Assembly (NCBI GenBank): GCA_051546255.1 | Contig: CP128817.1 | Coordinates: 1,240,001 to 1,304,000 of the forward strand | From: Meyerozyma guilliermondii | Taxonomy: Eukaryota | Length of the DNA: 64,000 bases | Reading direction: 5' to 3' | Part shown: positions 10,549 through 21,614 of the stretch, piece by piece | Position numbering within the stretch: position 1 is the first letter of the stretch | Layout: each line of letters starts with the position of its first letter | Position numbers and translations under genes: made by a program | Notes under the pieces: model-generated | Seen by the model: the letters and a program-made list of their open reading frames with translations, nothing else | The model's database searches: none | What the model was told of the DNA's origin: nothing

Positions 10549-11105
10549 TTTGAACCAGAATGTCAAAAATGCAAAGTGGTGGCAGAAAGTGTTATGTTAC
10601 AAGTTGTCCTTTCACTGATTCTGTGCAGGCTATGAATTTTTCAATTGTGCGGGGGGAAACACTACACAGAGCTAGATGAATTAAATAGGTTACTTTTGGG
10701 GATATGTGGAAATCGTAGAAGGGTCAATTACTCAAAGAAGTCAATCACCTTGGATTCTTCAGTTATCAATCAATTCCAAATCTGAGTTTACTCTTCACTA
10801 CTGCGTAGTTCATATTTGGATATTCAACTTCGGAAAAGCATCTCTCGTCGATAGCTACATTTGACGGTCTCCAACCGTACCTAAAGTTCATCCTCATCTA
10901 CTCTATTAAGCCCAGACCCTTATCTTTGCCGCACTTGTCTATGTCACCACTCCGCGGGGCTCCGAGGAACGTGGCCTCATCACTATATGAAGCAGAGCTT
11001 GCCATATTTTCATATTGGCTACAGCCCAACTTCCATACTACAACTTCTTTTGTATCTACAAATCATTACCTTCACTATTTCCAATTCATCGTACTGGCAC
11101 CAAAC

Positions 11106-11131
11106 CTCATCGCTGCAACTTTTTTTTCGCG
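11106..11131. promoter_or_regulatory. PAC motif (CTCATCGC) plus poly-T/CGCG element upstream of HPT1
   Basis: CTCATCGC 11106-11113 followed by aactttttttcgcg. Confidence 0.5.
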
Positions 11132-11175
11132 ATATATTCGAAAGAACCCTTTATTAGCATAAAAGTATCACTAAA

Positions 11176-11817
11176 ATGGACGCCGACGACGTAGAAGCTA
11201 CCAAGATGTACATCTCGTACAACAACGTGCATCAGTTGTGTCAGGAATCTGCCAACAAAATCAAACAGTTTAAACCCGACTTGATCATTGCCATTGGTGG
11301 TGGTGGGTTCATCCCAGCAAGAATGTTACGTTCATTTTTGAAGGAACCTGGTCAACCCAATGTTCGTATCATGGCCATCATTTTGTCTTTGTATGAAGAT
11401 ATTGAGACTGTAGGAAGTCAAGCCGAGTCGGTTGGTACTCAAGTTGTTAGAACTCAGTGGATCGATTACCACCAGTCAAAGGTGGACCTTGTTGGGAAGA
11501 ATGTATTGATTATTGATGAGGTTGACGATACCAGAACCACGTTGCACTATGCGGTTTCTGAGCTCAAGAAGGATGTAGAGGAACAAGCTAAAGCCAAAAA
11601 TGCTGATCCCAAAGACACAAAGTTTGGTATCTTTGTTTTACACGACAAAGACAAGCCAAAGAAGGCAGATTTGCCCGATGAAATTATGAAAACTGGAAAT
11701 TATTTCGCTGCCAGAACCGTGCCTGACTGCTGGATAGCATACCCTTGGGAAAGTGTAGATATTGTGTACCACACAAAGAGGGCCATGGAACAGGGAAACG
11801 ATGTATTTTTACCTTGA
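11176..11817 (+). CDS. HPT1: Hypoxanthine-guanine/xanthine phosphoribosyltransferase
   Basis: YISYNNVHQLCQ, IAIGGGGFIPAR, PRPP loop VLIIDEVDDTRTTL, WIAYPWE. Confidence 0.93.
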   Translation: MDADDVEATKMYISYNNVHQLCQESANKIKQFKPDLIIAIGGGGFIPARMLRSFLKEPGQPNVRIMAIILSLYEDIETVGSQAESVGTQVVRTQWIDYHQSKVDLVGKNVLIIDEVDDTRTTLHYAVSELKKDVEEQAKAKNADPKDTKFGIFVLHDKDKPKKADLPDEIMKTGNYFAARTVPDCWIAYPWESVDIVYHTKRAMEQGNDVFLP

Positions 11818-11881
11818 ATACATAACCGGCATTGACTATTTATATCTCAGTAGAAAAGGGGTTGTACCTGACAAAATGCAA

Positions 11882-12946
11882 TTAATCGATCTCGATCGTC
11901 TCGGGGCTCCGCTCGTGATTTTTCAACAGTGGATGGTTCTTGTTGGAGTCTTTGCGCTTTTTGCTTTGCCTGAGAGATTGTCCCACTCCACCAAACGTAG
12001 GCTGTTGTTCGGGCGTACTTTCAGGTGTGTATGACGGAGTAGGAAGCTGTACAGGGAATCCGAAAAAGAGCTGGTTTGAAGGCAAGTCCAATGGGACTGG
12101 TGCAGCATTGGGATCGAGATCGTCCATAGAAATGGTCTTGGTCGCCTCTTGTGAAGGTTTTCCAGAGAGTTTCTGGCCCGATCCCTTGAATGTGTTGTTG
12201 CTTTGTTCCGCCACAATCTTGGCATAGTTTATGGAATTGGCCATGGTACCAGCACCCACGCCTCTGTTGACCGAGCTTGGGGTTATTGGTTTAGATTGTG
12301 GTTCTTTGACTGCCGGTTTATATTCTGGCTCCACATACCCTACTGGAGGAGCGAAATCTGTCTGTAAATCGGTTTCCACCACACATATGCCTTGCGATGA
12401 TGATTCGGGTTTCGCTTCGAGCACCTTGATACCATATGTGGCATCGTTGTAATTAATTTCAATAATATCATTGACGGTCAATGTTGAAAATTTTCGTAAA
12501 ACATTCTCCAATACGGCCTTAGGATCGGAAATGTCCAAAAAGTCAACCGATTGAGGTTCGATCTTAACAAAGCTTCCCAATGGTAAATCACAGTTGGAAA
12601 TCTTTAATAACAGACCGGGAGATACATTTAATGTGGCCATCATCCATTGGGGAAGATATGCCCTTCCCTCCTCAGCCACAAATTCCAAAACACCACTATG
12701 AGTTTTTACTGATTCGGCTTCATTTTCAAGCTCGAAAAGCATTGGATATCGTATGTGTAACATGGTCAACTTATTCAAAGCAGAAGGAGGTAAGAAGATC
12801 TTGCCACCAAAGTTGGCATCGTCTTTACGTATATTATCAGGCATCATGGCTACTGGATAGCATCGAAAATAATCCTCAAATTTGGTATTCATAGGCGCAA
12901 ACGACCCCAACGTGCCAAACATACCCGTTCCGAATCCTGAAAACAT
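11882..12946 (-). CDS. UFD1: Ubiquitin fusion degradation protein, Cdc48 cofactor
   Basis: YFRCYPVAMM, NFGGKIFLPPSAL, THSGVLEFVAEEGRAYLPQWMM, FLDISDPKAVLE. Confidence 0.96.
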   Translation of the reverse strand: MFSGFGTGMFGTLGSFAPMNTKFEDYFRCYPVAMMPDNIRKDDANFGGKIFLPPSALNKLTMLHIRYPMLFELENEAESVKTHSGVLEFVAEEGRAYLPQWMMATLNVSPGLLLKISNCDLPLGSFVKIEPQSVDFLDISDPKAVLENVLRKFSTLTVNDIIEINYNDATYGIKVLEAKPESSSQGICVVETDLQTDFAPPVGYVEPEYKPAVKEPQSKPITPSSVNRGVGAGTMANSINYAKIVAEQSNNTFKGSGQKLSGKPSQEATKTISMDDLDPNAAPVPLDLPSNQLFFGFPVQLPTPSYTPESTPEQQPTFGGVGQSLRQSKKRKDSNKNHPLLKNHERSPETIEID

Positions 12947-13075
12947 GGTTGAAGAGGTTATACACTTTCTCAATTTGAAACTGCGATCTTCGTTATCGTA
13001 TCACGTGCCGACGGAATAAGGTACAAGCAACCTTGATTGCAAAATTATCTATGCTATCTATTAAAAAGTTGCCTA

Positions 13076-16000
13076 TTACCTTCCTGCCATGCTATGCTGG
13101 CTGATTTTGACTATTCTGGTGACAGCCTCTTGTTGGTTACTGTCCAAACTTCCAAAAACTGCTGTATGCCTTGCAACATCGCTCTGCTGAAGTGTAGTGA
13201 ACTTGTTGGCAAAAACTTCAAAAACATTCATGCTATCGAGAGGAGTTTGTTTTAATGCTTCGAGTTCAGCGTCATCTACTTCATACTCGTCTTCCAAATA
13301 TGCTCCTGAGTATTCGTCATCTTCATCATCCAGACCATTTCCAACGTCTTTTTGCAACGATTTCAATTCGCGATCCAGAGACAATATTTCTTGACGAGCT
13401 TTAATTGCGTGTGGAAGTACCTCCAAGTTGGAAACCAAAATATCGGCAATTCCTCCCAAGGCATCTGCTGGAACTAAACTTAAATCCGCATGGCATAAAA
13501 TTGCCAAACTGGCGAGAATTTGAACTTTGCAACCGTACACACTTTGGAAGCTGTCAGAATGACTATGCCACAAGCTGAAGAACAGGCCCGTGAACGACAC
13601 CTCATATATGAACTTCAAAGTTGTGTTGGGGTCGATGTAAAGACATGCAAATAGAATCTTTAAGATAGATAAATGATGCAACATATGGCCATCAAATGCA
13701 TCTTGCGCTTCCAAGGAAGACATCACTTCGAAAACTTCTGGCAAGAATTGCGGTAAAAACGACACGAATCTGGTGTTCATACTCAAGATTGTCAATTCAA
13801 TCAACTCGAATGCCTTATGTGCAAACACACGATCAAGTGATTCACTTCTCAAGATTTTGAAACATCCAGTGAGCATGGATTGCACGTAAGGCGAATCTAT
13901 AGTTATCTCAGGTTGACTGAAACCAAAGTTGATGATACTTTCGAAAAATGGCTCAAAGCTGTCAAAGTATTCTAAGGCATAGGTATCGAAAGATTCAATG
14001 CATATTTGGAACATACTCCACGAAACTGCAGAAACATGATTGGTAGCAAATAGAATTGATTCGAGTATTTCAATTGCCTCAGAGAGAAACGAAACCATGG
14101 CATTTTCAAGAATAAATTTGATCATATCTTGGCACGTAGGTTCCATGGATGCTGCAACTGCGGGGGATGCATTCATTGCAATGACAAGAGTGGTGAGAGT
14201 GCTTAAAATACCCGATGCCTGATACTCTTTCTCGATGTCGATGTTATTAGTTCCTGACTGTTGATCCAAGATTTCGTGTGCAAGCTTCAAGAACAGTTCA
14301 ACCAACCTCGAAGACAACTCTTGGGCATACGGCTCCAAATCCTTGGCAAATTTCTCCACAAATGAATCCATAACACTAGTTAAGATGTCGGATTCAAACT
14401 TTTTAGACATGTCTAATAATGTACCCATGAGCTGTGGCGCCTGGCCAGATATATGTTCAGCTACTGCTTCTTCGTCAACAAGGGTTCTCAAGGCATCGAC
14501 CGCGGTAAGTTGTATAGGGAATTGCGAGTCGTTTTGGAAACATGCGACCACTCCTTGAAATATATCTTCCAAAACTTTTTGATCTTGGTATTTGTAGACA
14601 AACATGGCCAATGTATCACACGCTCTAGCACTGAGGAAAGGAAATTTGTTCATGGTATCGGAAGACAATTCTGGGTATACGTAAGTGTAGAGAAGTTGGT
14701 CGAGCTGGCCGTGAACTGGAGACACCTTTTTATCCAACTTGTAAGAGAGAGTGGAAAGGATACGCAACGCACCTTCCGTTTTCAAAGCATATTGGAGGTT
14801 GTTTCTGTCGGAAGCTCTCTTTTGAAAAATATCGTTCACAATTGATAAAACCAAGTCAATGGTGGTTTTAAATTTGGTAGCAGATAACCGAAAGACGAAA
14901 TTGATGGACGCCACATCAGAGGTATTGCTTTCTCTATTAATGTCGAAGAAGCGACGGATATACTCGTCAGGCTCGTCTTCGTACAACTCTATTGTCTCTT
15001 CACTTGCACTCAATGTTGGTACTATGACATGGTTCATTATAGCTTCGAGTTGGTTGAATAAGTCACCCCAGGCAGACGTATCAATGAGTTGTTCCAAGAA
15101 TGAGATCATATGGTAGAGTGAGCCTTCAGAAAGCCAAATTTGTTTCGTGGACCATTTTTCAATGATACCCCAAAAGGCATTAAGAATTTGAGGCACAAAT
15201 TGTTCAATGAATGTCTTTGCAAATTGATTTTCCAGCTTTTGCTTGGTGTTGAAACCTCCACCATGGCGGCTTAGAAGTCGATGAAGATTCGCAAAGCACC
15301 ATTTAACCGTTTTAACCCGTGGGTGTGCGGTTCTAAGATCAATGGATTCTTCCTCCAAAACAGACGCAGGTAACGGCTCATTGATGATATAGATTTGAAG
15401 CTGACACCAACTGCCCAATTTGTTAATATCCTGAAAGTAGGTTGGAAGTGAAGAAAACGTGGCGAATTTAAACGTCTTGACGATTAGATACAACATCTCA
15501 TTGGAAAGAGGGTCGGTCATCGACACAAGTTGCGATGCCAACGGCTCAAGGAGAGGAAATATTTCCTGAGAAACCTCCTCCAAGACAGGATTACTGCCAG
15601 AAGTCAGCTCCATACCGACCCAACGATAATTTCGAGTATATTCATACAAGCAAATCAACCCGGTGTATACATGGTCGACATTCCCGCTGTCTGAAATGAG
15701 TTTTTTTATTATCGACGAAAGTTCCTCCCACTTGTCGGTATCCAAGATGCTATGGAGTGCGGCAGCAAGTTGCAACTTGATCTGTTTGTTCTTATACGTT
15801 TTGATAATAGTGCTGATGAGGCGGTCCTTGATTATGGGTTTTTCACCTTCTCGAATCAAGAGTGTGCTGGTCTTATTCTCAGGTGCTACCCAGTAATGGT
15901 CTACTCTGTTCTTGAACAAAATTGAAGCACTGATTTGGATTCCCAACGGTACTTCGGGCTCAGTAATGAGTTCCAAAAGGTAGGCAGTGAAGCCAGGTTG

Positions 16001-16099
16001 CGCTTCAAAAACATGAAGCTGGCTCTCACTCTCCTTCCGCGTCTGGAGATCTGCATTGAGGGTACCTGCTAGCGCCGTCAAAAGGGTCTGTTTGTCCAT
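13076..16099 (-). CDS. SXM1: Importin-beta family karyopherin (Kap108; importin-7/8 group)
   Basis: IBN_N-like start MDKQTLL...QPGFTAYLL...SILFKNRV; HEAT repeats; PRVKTVKWCFANL. The N-terminus resembles Sxm1 more than Nmd5. Confidence 0.78.
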   Translation of the reverse strand: MDKQTLLTALAGTLNADLQTRKESESQLHVFEAQPGFTAYLLELITEPEVPLGIQISASILFKNRVDHYWVAPENKTSTLLIREGEKPIIKDRLISTIIKTYKNKQIKLQLAAALHSILDTDKWEELSSIIKKLISDSGNVDHVYTGLICLYEYTRNYRWVGMELTSGSNPVLEEVSQEIFPLLEPLASQLVSMTDPLSNEMLYLIVKTFKFATFSSLPTYFQDINKLGSWCQLQIYIINEPLPASVLEEESIDLRTAHPRVKTVKWCFANLHRLLSRHGGGFNTKQKLENQFAKTFIEQFVPQILNAFWGIIEKWSTKQIWLSEGSLYHMISFLEQLIDTSAWGDLFNQLEAIMNHVIVPTLSASEETIELYEDEPDEYIRRFFDINRESNTSDVASINFVFRLSATKFKTTIDLVLSIVNDIFQKRASDRNNLQYALKTEGALRILSTLSYKLDKKVSPVHGQLDQLLYTYVYPELSSDTMNKFPFLSARACDTLAMFVYKYQDQKVLEDIFQGVVACFQNDSQFPIQLTAVDALRTLVDEEAVAEHISGQAPQLMGTLLDMSKKFESDILTSVMDSFVEKFAKDLEPYAQELSSRLVELFLKLAHEILDQQSGTNNIDIEKEYQASGILSTLTTLVIAMNASPAVAASMEPTCQDMIKFILENAMVSFLSEAIEILESILFATNHVSAVSWSMFQICIESFDTYALEYFDSFEPFFESIINFGFSQPEITIDSPYVQSMLTGCFKILRSESLDRVFAHKAFELIELTILSMNTRFVSFLPQFLPEVFEVMSSLEAQDAFDGHMLHHLSILKILFACLYIDPNTTLKFIYEVSFTGLFFSLWHSHSDSFQSVYGCKVQILASLAILCHADLSLVPADALGGIADILVSNLEVLPHAIKARQEILSLDRELKSLQKDVGNGLDDEDDEYSGAYLEDEYEVDDAELEALKQTPLDSMNVFEVFANKFTTLQQSDVARHTAVFGSLDSNQQEAVTRIVKISQHSMAGR

Positions 16100-16388
16100 G
16101 CTAAAAAATCGTTTGCCAACTTGCACACTTGTAGTTAGAATCAATGAAAAAAATGCTGTGGCCTGCATATATCCTATTGTCACTGGTCGAGTCAAAGTAG
16201 CATGTGGACGGAGCTAGATCACAAAAGGGATGTGTATGTGATATAACACGACACAACAACGTGAATATCCCCATATTAGTCTTCAAATTCAAGTTCCTGA
16301 TAAAAATTACCAACATCATTGATTGTTAATATGCAGTACCTGGCGATGGATTTTTCAGCCAATTTCTCGGTCCTTGTACTACACAACG

Positions 16389-17237
16389 ATGGTGCTGGAG
16401 ATCAAGGGTTTCCACGTACTTCCGGTACAGTTTGGTGGGACTATCAACAAACAGAAACCGCATTATTTATATTTCAAGAAACACGAAGGGTCACAGAGTG
16501 ATGGAAGATCGTTATTTTTGTTCAACTTGCCAATAGAAACCAACTTTAATGTCTTAAAAAAATTCTTCCAGACGGTAGCTTTGGGTGCTACTGTGGAGGC
16601 ATATATTTCCAGCAAACTAACCGACTCCTTGGAGGATGTGTGGCTTGATATGACCCAGCTCACTTCGGGAATAGAAATAAGTGTCAGTGAAGACGATGAG
16701 CTGCGAGCGAAGTTACCGAGAAATTGTGGTATAATTCGTTTTGTAGATAAGCTGGCGTTCTCGCTTGCATTCTCAGAGCTCAAGAAACGCTGTTCGTCTC
16801 AGGAGAAGATAACATGGCCCTTGGAAGAACCGATGGGATCTCAGTTTCTCTTGAACAAGTATCGCAGCCGATTTTTGGATCCTCAAGAACTCTCGGATTC
16901 GGTATCACAGGCACTTGTACAATTTGATGAAGCTGAGCGAGAGTCTATGGAACAATTACAGCAACAAGCGCTGTTGGTGGATGAGGATGGGTTCACCATG
17001 GTGGTTGGATCGCACCGCAAAACTAAAGCAGGTATAATGGGGCGCCAGAAATTGGCGTCTACCGTTGAGGTTGACAAGGCGCTGGCCAAGTTAAAAAAGA
17101 AAGAAAAAGAAGACTTCTATCGGTTCCAGTTACGAGAGAAAAAGAAACAAGAAATGAACGATTTGCTCAGCAAATTCAAGCAGGATCAGGAACGTGTACG
17201 GTTGATGAGGGAGAAGAAACGGTTTAGACCATATTAG
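16389..17237 (+). CDS. RRP7: rRNA processing protein (UTP-C)
   Basis: RSLFLFNLP, VDEDGFTMVVG, DFYRFQLRE, RFRPY C-terminus. Confidence 0.93.
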   Translation: MVLEIKGFHVLPVQFGGTINKQKPHYLYFKKHEGSQSDGRSLFLFNLPIETNFNVLKKFFQTVALGATVEAYISSKLTDSLEDVWLDMTQLTSGIEISVSEDDELRAKLPRNCGIIRFVDKLAFSLAFSELKKRCSSQEKITWPLEEPMGSQFLLNKYRSRFLDPQELSDSVSQALVQFDEAERESMEQLQQQALLVDEDGFTMVVGSHRKTKAGIMGRQKLASTVEVDKALAKLKKKEKEDFYRFQLREKKKQEMNDLLSKFKQDQERVRLMREKKRFRPY

Positions 17238-17374
17238 CATAATAGATTTAATAGAATTTTAAATTGTAAATTTGCAAAATAGCAAAATATCATATTTTTA
17301 CTAAATGTCGCTTACTGGGTGCAATTCTCACGAAACTTTAAACCACACCATTCCATTTACCTTAAAAAATTGAT

Positions 17375-18181
17375 ATGGACTCACACGAAATTGACAAATT
17401 GGGCGAGGAAATCTATGACAACTACAAGCCCTTATTCGACTCAGATGACTTGTGTCTTTTATCGACAATGAGATACGATCCTTCACTCTCCGAAACCGAA
17501 CCCACATCTGCTTCTTCGCTAAACAAATCCAACTTTTTCCTTTTTGATGAACATTATCACCGATTGAAGTTCACGGTAGACTACTTCAAAAGACAAAAAA
17601 ACACAAACTTGACGTTTAATTTGTCTGACACCGATTTTCTTCGAAAAATCATTTACACAATTGAATCATCCGGAACCAATCTTCACGCAGCTTTGAAAAT
17701 ACGTATACTTCTCAGTATGATTGGAAAGTTGAAAATCGAGCTCCACGAGACTCCAGAGAGGAAAAACTTATTAGACGGAATACTTGACCCCGCTAATAGT
17801 CCGTTATGGGATGTATATAAGGACCCCGAATTTACAGTGTCTTCACCGTTGACATCGTTCAAAACTACAAGCCGAGACCATTATACCCAAGCCAGAAGCC
17901 GATGCTTGCCCCTGTTAAGACCTGGATGTGAAGAGGTTTTATTGCAAAATCCACAGGGTAATGCTACCGAAGGGTCAATTACTAATTTTGCAATACGCAA
18001 AAACGACACTTGGATTACACCACCATTGAGCACTGGATGCTTGTGTGGAGTAATGAGACACTTTTTGTTGCGTAAAGGCTACTTGGAAGAAGCAGTGATC
18101 CCCATGGCGAGCATTTCTACGGGAGACGAACTTTTATTGTTCAATGGCATCATGGGAGTCATTAGAGCCAAAGTCAAGTAG
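17375..18181 (+). CDS. ABZ2: 4-amino-4-deoxychorismate lyase (class IV PLP-dependent)
   Basis: LLSTMRYDP, SFKTTSRDHY, EGSITN, TPPLSTGCLCGVMR, LFNGIMG. Confidence 0.9.
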   Translation: MDSHEIDKLGEEIYDNYKPLFDSDDLCLLSTMRYDPSLSETEPTSASSLNKSNFFLFDEHYHRLKFTVDYFKRQKNTNLTFNLSDTDFLRKIIYTIESSGTNLHAALKIRILLSMIGKLKIELHETPERKNLLDGILDPANSPLWDVYKDPEFTVSSPLTSFKTTSRDHYTQARSRCLPLLRPGCEEVLLQNPQGNATEGSITNFAIRKNDTWITPPLSTGCLCGVMRHFLLRKGYLEEAVIPMASISTGDELLLFNGIMGVIRAKVK

Positions 18182-18185
18182 ACCT

Positions 18186-19094
18186 CTATATTAACGCTTC
18201 TATTTCCTGCTCTGTGTAGCCCAAAATGTACAACACATCACGAAGCGACTTGGAGTTTAAGCACGAGGGAGCTAACTGCTGTACCCTTGGCTTGGCATTC
18301 CAGGCGATACCGAAACCGGCAGCTGCCATCATTGGTAAGTCATTGGCGCCATCTCCAACAGCCAACACTTGTTTTGTGTCTATGTCGTGTTTTCCAGCAA
18401 TTTCAGTCAATAAGCTGGCTTTTTTCTCTCCATTGACAATGTATCCTTGGGTGGTACCATCTAAGATCTGGTTTTCATCCACCCCTAGCTGATTGGCGAA
18501 CGCATAGTCGAGGCCCAATTTCTGCTTCAAGTGTTCTGCCAAGGGTATGAATCCTCCTGAACAAACCATCAAAACAAAACCCAACTTCTTCAATGCCTTG
18601 CACAACTCCACGGCGCCGTTGGTAATTTCAAGTTTCAACTTCAACTCGTCCCAAATTGAAGTGGAGTCGATACCTTTCAACAACAACACTCTCTCCTGCA
18701 ACGACTGGGTGAAGTCTAGTTCGCCATTCATGGCACGTTCGGTGATTTGTGCCACCTTATCTTCTATATTGGCATATGCTGCGATGAGCTCGATGACTTC
18801 CTGGTAAATCAAGGTGGAATCCATGTCAAAAACGACCATTTTTTTTGTTCGGTCAGCTTTCTGGAGAATTATATCGTATGTTGTACTTTCAAGTTGTTTC
18901 TGTTTCAAAAATGACGTTATTCTCGATACATCGTCATCGTTGTCTATCTTTACTTCATATTCCACAGCACGAGATGAAAGTACTTTCTTTTTGGGCGACG
19001 GATCTACCTCTGCACATATCAATTGTTGTACTTCAGACTCTGTATGAGATGGTAGTTGAGCATCACGAGAAATTACAGTGATAACATGAGTCAT
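18186..19094 (-). CDS. SER2: Phosphoserine phosphatase (HAD family)
   Basis: FDMDSTLIYQEVIE, ITERAMNGELDF, SGGF, VGDGANDLPM. Confidence 0.95.
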   Translation of the reverse strand: MTHVITVISRDAQLPSHTESEVQQLICAEVDPSPKKKVLSSRAVEYEVKIDNDDDVSRITSFLKQKQLESTTYDIILQKADRTKKMVVFDMDSTLIYQEVIELIAAYANIEDKVAQITERAMNGELDFTQSLQERVLLLKGIDSTSIWDELKLKLEITNGAVELCKALKKLGFVLMVCSGGFIPLAEHLKQKLGLDYAFANQLGVDENQILDGTTQGYIVNGEKKASLLTEIAGKHDIDTKQVLAVGDGANDLPMMAAAGFGIAWNAKPRVQQLAPSCLNSKSLRDVLYILGYTEQEIEALI

Positions 19095-19295
19095 GGTGAA
19101 CTGTTCAATTTCGCGACAAGTTGAAAACACTTGGGTGCAAAAAATTGTATGTAGGATATTAAGTTTTTAATTCATATCTATATTTATTCTAGTAGCCCTA
19201 GGCTGGTAATGATGCGTGTGCCAAATTAATGCGTTTATGTTTTTCTGTAACTGTCTCTCTTTGTCCTCTTTCTCGCCCTTCACGACTTTATGCAA

Positions 19296-20348
19296 TTACT
19301 CTCCTCCTCTCAAATCATACTCACTCATTCCAATGCCACCACCCATCTTTCTAAAGTTGTCCAAATAGACGCTGTACTTTTTGTCGGCCACCTCGTTCAT
19401 TTTTTTCCAGTATACCTCGTGTATGTATTCGAAATCAAGCAACCCATTGAATTCCTTGTCGAGTTGTTCCTGTGGTACAAAGTTTTCAAATGGCTGGTCA
19501 TAGATGGTTTTCAGTCTAGTATAAGGGTCAATGAATGGCCCCACCACTTTGAAAAAGGTGTAACCAATCCAAGGAATGTTTGTGAAAAGTCCACGACCAA
19601 GTCGTTCTGGATAATGATTCTGCAAAATATGCAACACCTGCTTGGAGATGGAAAGCGACGGAAACTTGGATGAGAGTTTCAAGTGTTCAGGAGCTGCCTT
19701 GAAGTCAATGAGCAATGCCAATGTATCTTGTCCTGGAGGCATGAATTGAATAACTCTTTCCAAGTAGAACACCAAATGTTGAACCTGTTTCATAGACGGA
19801 GGAGTGTTTTGGTATCCATTTCTAAGATACAAGCAAGGTCTATTGTCATTGTCGTACCCCAATATGAGATGTTTTCCGGTAACGTTTTCATGCTCGACAA
19901 GATCGGGTGTAATTACTTGTTTCGGGTCGGTATGGCCAGGAACTTCCGTGACGCCGAATGTCCGTCTCCACACCAAAGTATCCTCTATACGCTTAATTGC
20001 GGTTTGTTGCTTCCATTTGGAAGCTCTCAAGTATCGCAAAAAGCATTCTTTGGTGAGCCATGCTTTTTCCAGTTCTAATATCGGATGTGTAGCAGCTCCG
20101 GATCTGTCGTTCACCGGCAATTCTTTTGTGACAAATGTCTCAAAGTAAGAAAGTAAATGGTTATATTTCTCTTCCTGTTCCGGGGTCAAGTCGAAAACAG
20201 GCCTTTTTATAGGGTTCAAAGGTGCTTCGAATGGCTCGTACCATTTTGTGAGGTTTCGTTTTTTACCCTTAATTCCACTACTGACACTTGTCGCTTTGGA
20301 CGACATCGACTCTACCTCGGACTCTTCATCTCTTTTGCGAAAGAACAT
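19296..20348 (-). CDS. PDR17: Sec14-family phosphatidylinositol transfer protein (Pdr16/Pdr17 group)
   Basis: WLTKECFLRYLRASKW, ENVTGK, LQNHYPERLG, PFIDPYTR (CRAL-TRIO domain). PDR16 versus PDR17 is uncertain. Confidence 0.75.
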   Translation of the reverse strand: MFFRKRDEESEVESMSSKATSVSSGIKGKKRNLTKWYEPFEAPLNPIKRPVFDLTPEQEEKYNHLLSYFETFVTKELPVNDRSGAATHPILELEKAWLTKECFLRYLRASKWKQQTAIKRIEDTLVWRRTFGVTEVPGHTDPKQVITPDLVEHENVTGKHLILGYDNDNRPCLYLRNGYQNTPPSMKQVQHLVFYLERVIQFMPPGQDTLALLIDFKAAPEHLKLSSKFPSLSISKQVLHILQNHYPERLGRGLFTNIPWIGYTFFKVVGPFIDPYTRLKTIYDQPFENFVPQEQLDKEFNGLLDFEYIHEVYWKKMNEVADKKYSVYLDNFRKMGGGIGMSEYDLRGGE

Positions 20349-20504
20349 GGTTTTGTTTTCTTTGCACTGCTGTTCTAAGTGCAAACTTTAATTTGTAAGA
20401 TGTGGAAAATAAATGGAAACTAGAGGAGATGCGAGCGCGCTTCTTTATAAACACCATACCGGCACTTAACCGACACGCTTGTGAAGATCGTTCAAGAGTA
20501 TTAG

Positions 20505-21611
20505 ATGGTTTTGGATTTCAAAGTTGTAGCGTCTACTGATGGCGACTATCCCTTCAACAAGGATCAAATACATAAATTAATTGAAGATGCCACCCCAGCC
20601 AACTTGGTAGAATCAATACTTCACAAGCTTAAAGCTACCAGTTCGAAGCACAAATTCATAGTCACTGCCACAAAAATTACTAGCCAGGAGCTGGTGGGCT
20701 CTGTAAGCTGTCAGACGGGCACCCTTTGGAATGAGAAGAAGGACGGATATGTGACTTTACAAATAAAGGAGAGGGAAGAGAAAAGTGGGAAGGAGGAGAC
20801 TGAAAAAGAGGAGACCGAAGAAGAGAAAGGTACAATTAAGCAAAGCGATAGTGTGGAGAATAAAGAAGGTGTGGAAAATGAAGAAAATGTGCACGAAGAG
20901 ATCGATAAACAGGTCGTGGATGTTTTGGAAGAATACCAGCAACAATCACCCAAGGCTACTGATGATACCCTCGAAGTAAAAGAACCCGTTCCTGAAACGC
21001 TGGAAGTAAAGGAGCTCGGAAACACCGATAAGCTTTACAATGATGCTACTAAGGAACATATTGGTGAGGTTTCATCGGAACTTATTCCCAATGTTTCAAG
21101 TGAACCGATTGAAGTTGGTTCTGATGAACCCATTCATGCTAAGGTTCCTGATGCTGATATAGACGAAGCTGTGGGATCAATTCCCACCACTGACGCAAAT
21201 CCTCCAGACCTGTCTGCACACGAAGAACCAGTTATGTTGGCAGCGGTTGACCCTGAGGAGGCAGAGAAGATCATGAGAGAAAGAGACTCGGGATTGGTTT
21301 CAGACGAAACAAAAGTTTCGCTCGAAGAACCAATAGCACAGTCAACTCCTGGATCGGACTCTACAGCAGCGGACACAACGGAAAAGAGAGTGTTTGAACC
21401 ACTGGAAGTACCCATTGATGAGCACGAAGAAAGCACAGTACAGCCACAAGCTATTGAGCAGGAAGACAATTCAGAACATGTTGAAGACGTACCGCCTGAA
21501 GCTGAACATGAAGACGAAAAGGTTGATTCCATTAAAGCCGAACCGGTCTCAAAACAACCAAAGGTCGCAACTACATACATGGTGACCATTTACTGGGTAT
21601 ATGTTCATTAA
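20505..21611 (+). CDS. TDA2: Tda2/Tctex1-type dynein light chain-like protein with long acidic insertion
   Basis: The N-terminal ~87 aa (LKATSSKHKFIVT...GTLWNEKKDGY) and last 12 aa (YMVTIYWVYVH) resemble the two parts of S. cerevisiae Tda2 as I recall it (SSLYKYI...GASWESKKDG...YLITILW). The middle is E/D/P/S/T-rich. Confidence 0.65.
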   Translation: MVLDFKVVASTDGDYPFNKDQIHKLIEDATPANLVESILHKLKATSSKHKFIVTATKITSQELVGSVSCQTGTLWNEKKDGYVTLQIKEREEKSGKEETEKEETEEEKGTIKQSDSVENKEGVENEENVHEEIDKQVVDVLEEYQQQSPKATDDTLEVKEPVPETLEVKELGNTDKLYNDATKEHIGEVSSELIPNVSSEPIEVGSDEPIHAKVPDADIDEAVGSIPTTDANPPDLSAHEEPVMLAAVDPEEAEKIMRERDSGLVSDETKVSLEEPIAQSTPGSDSTAADTTEKRVFEPLEVPIDEHEESTVQPQAIEQEDNSEHVEDVPPEAEHEDEKVDSIKAEPVSKQPKVATTYMVTIYWVYVH

Positions 21612-21614
21612 ATA

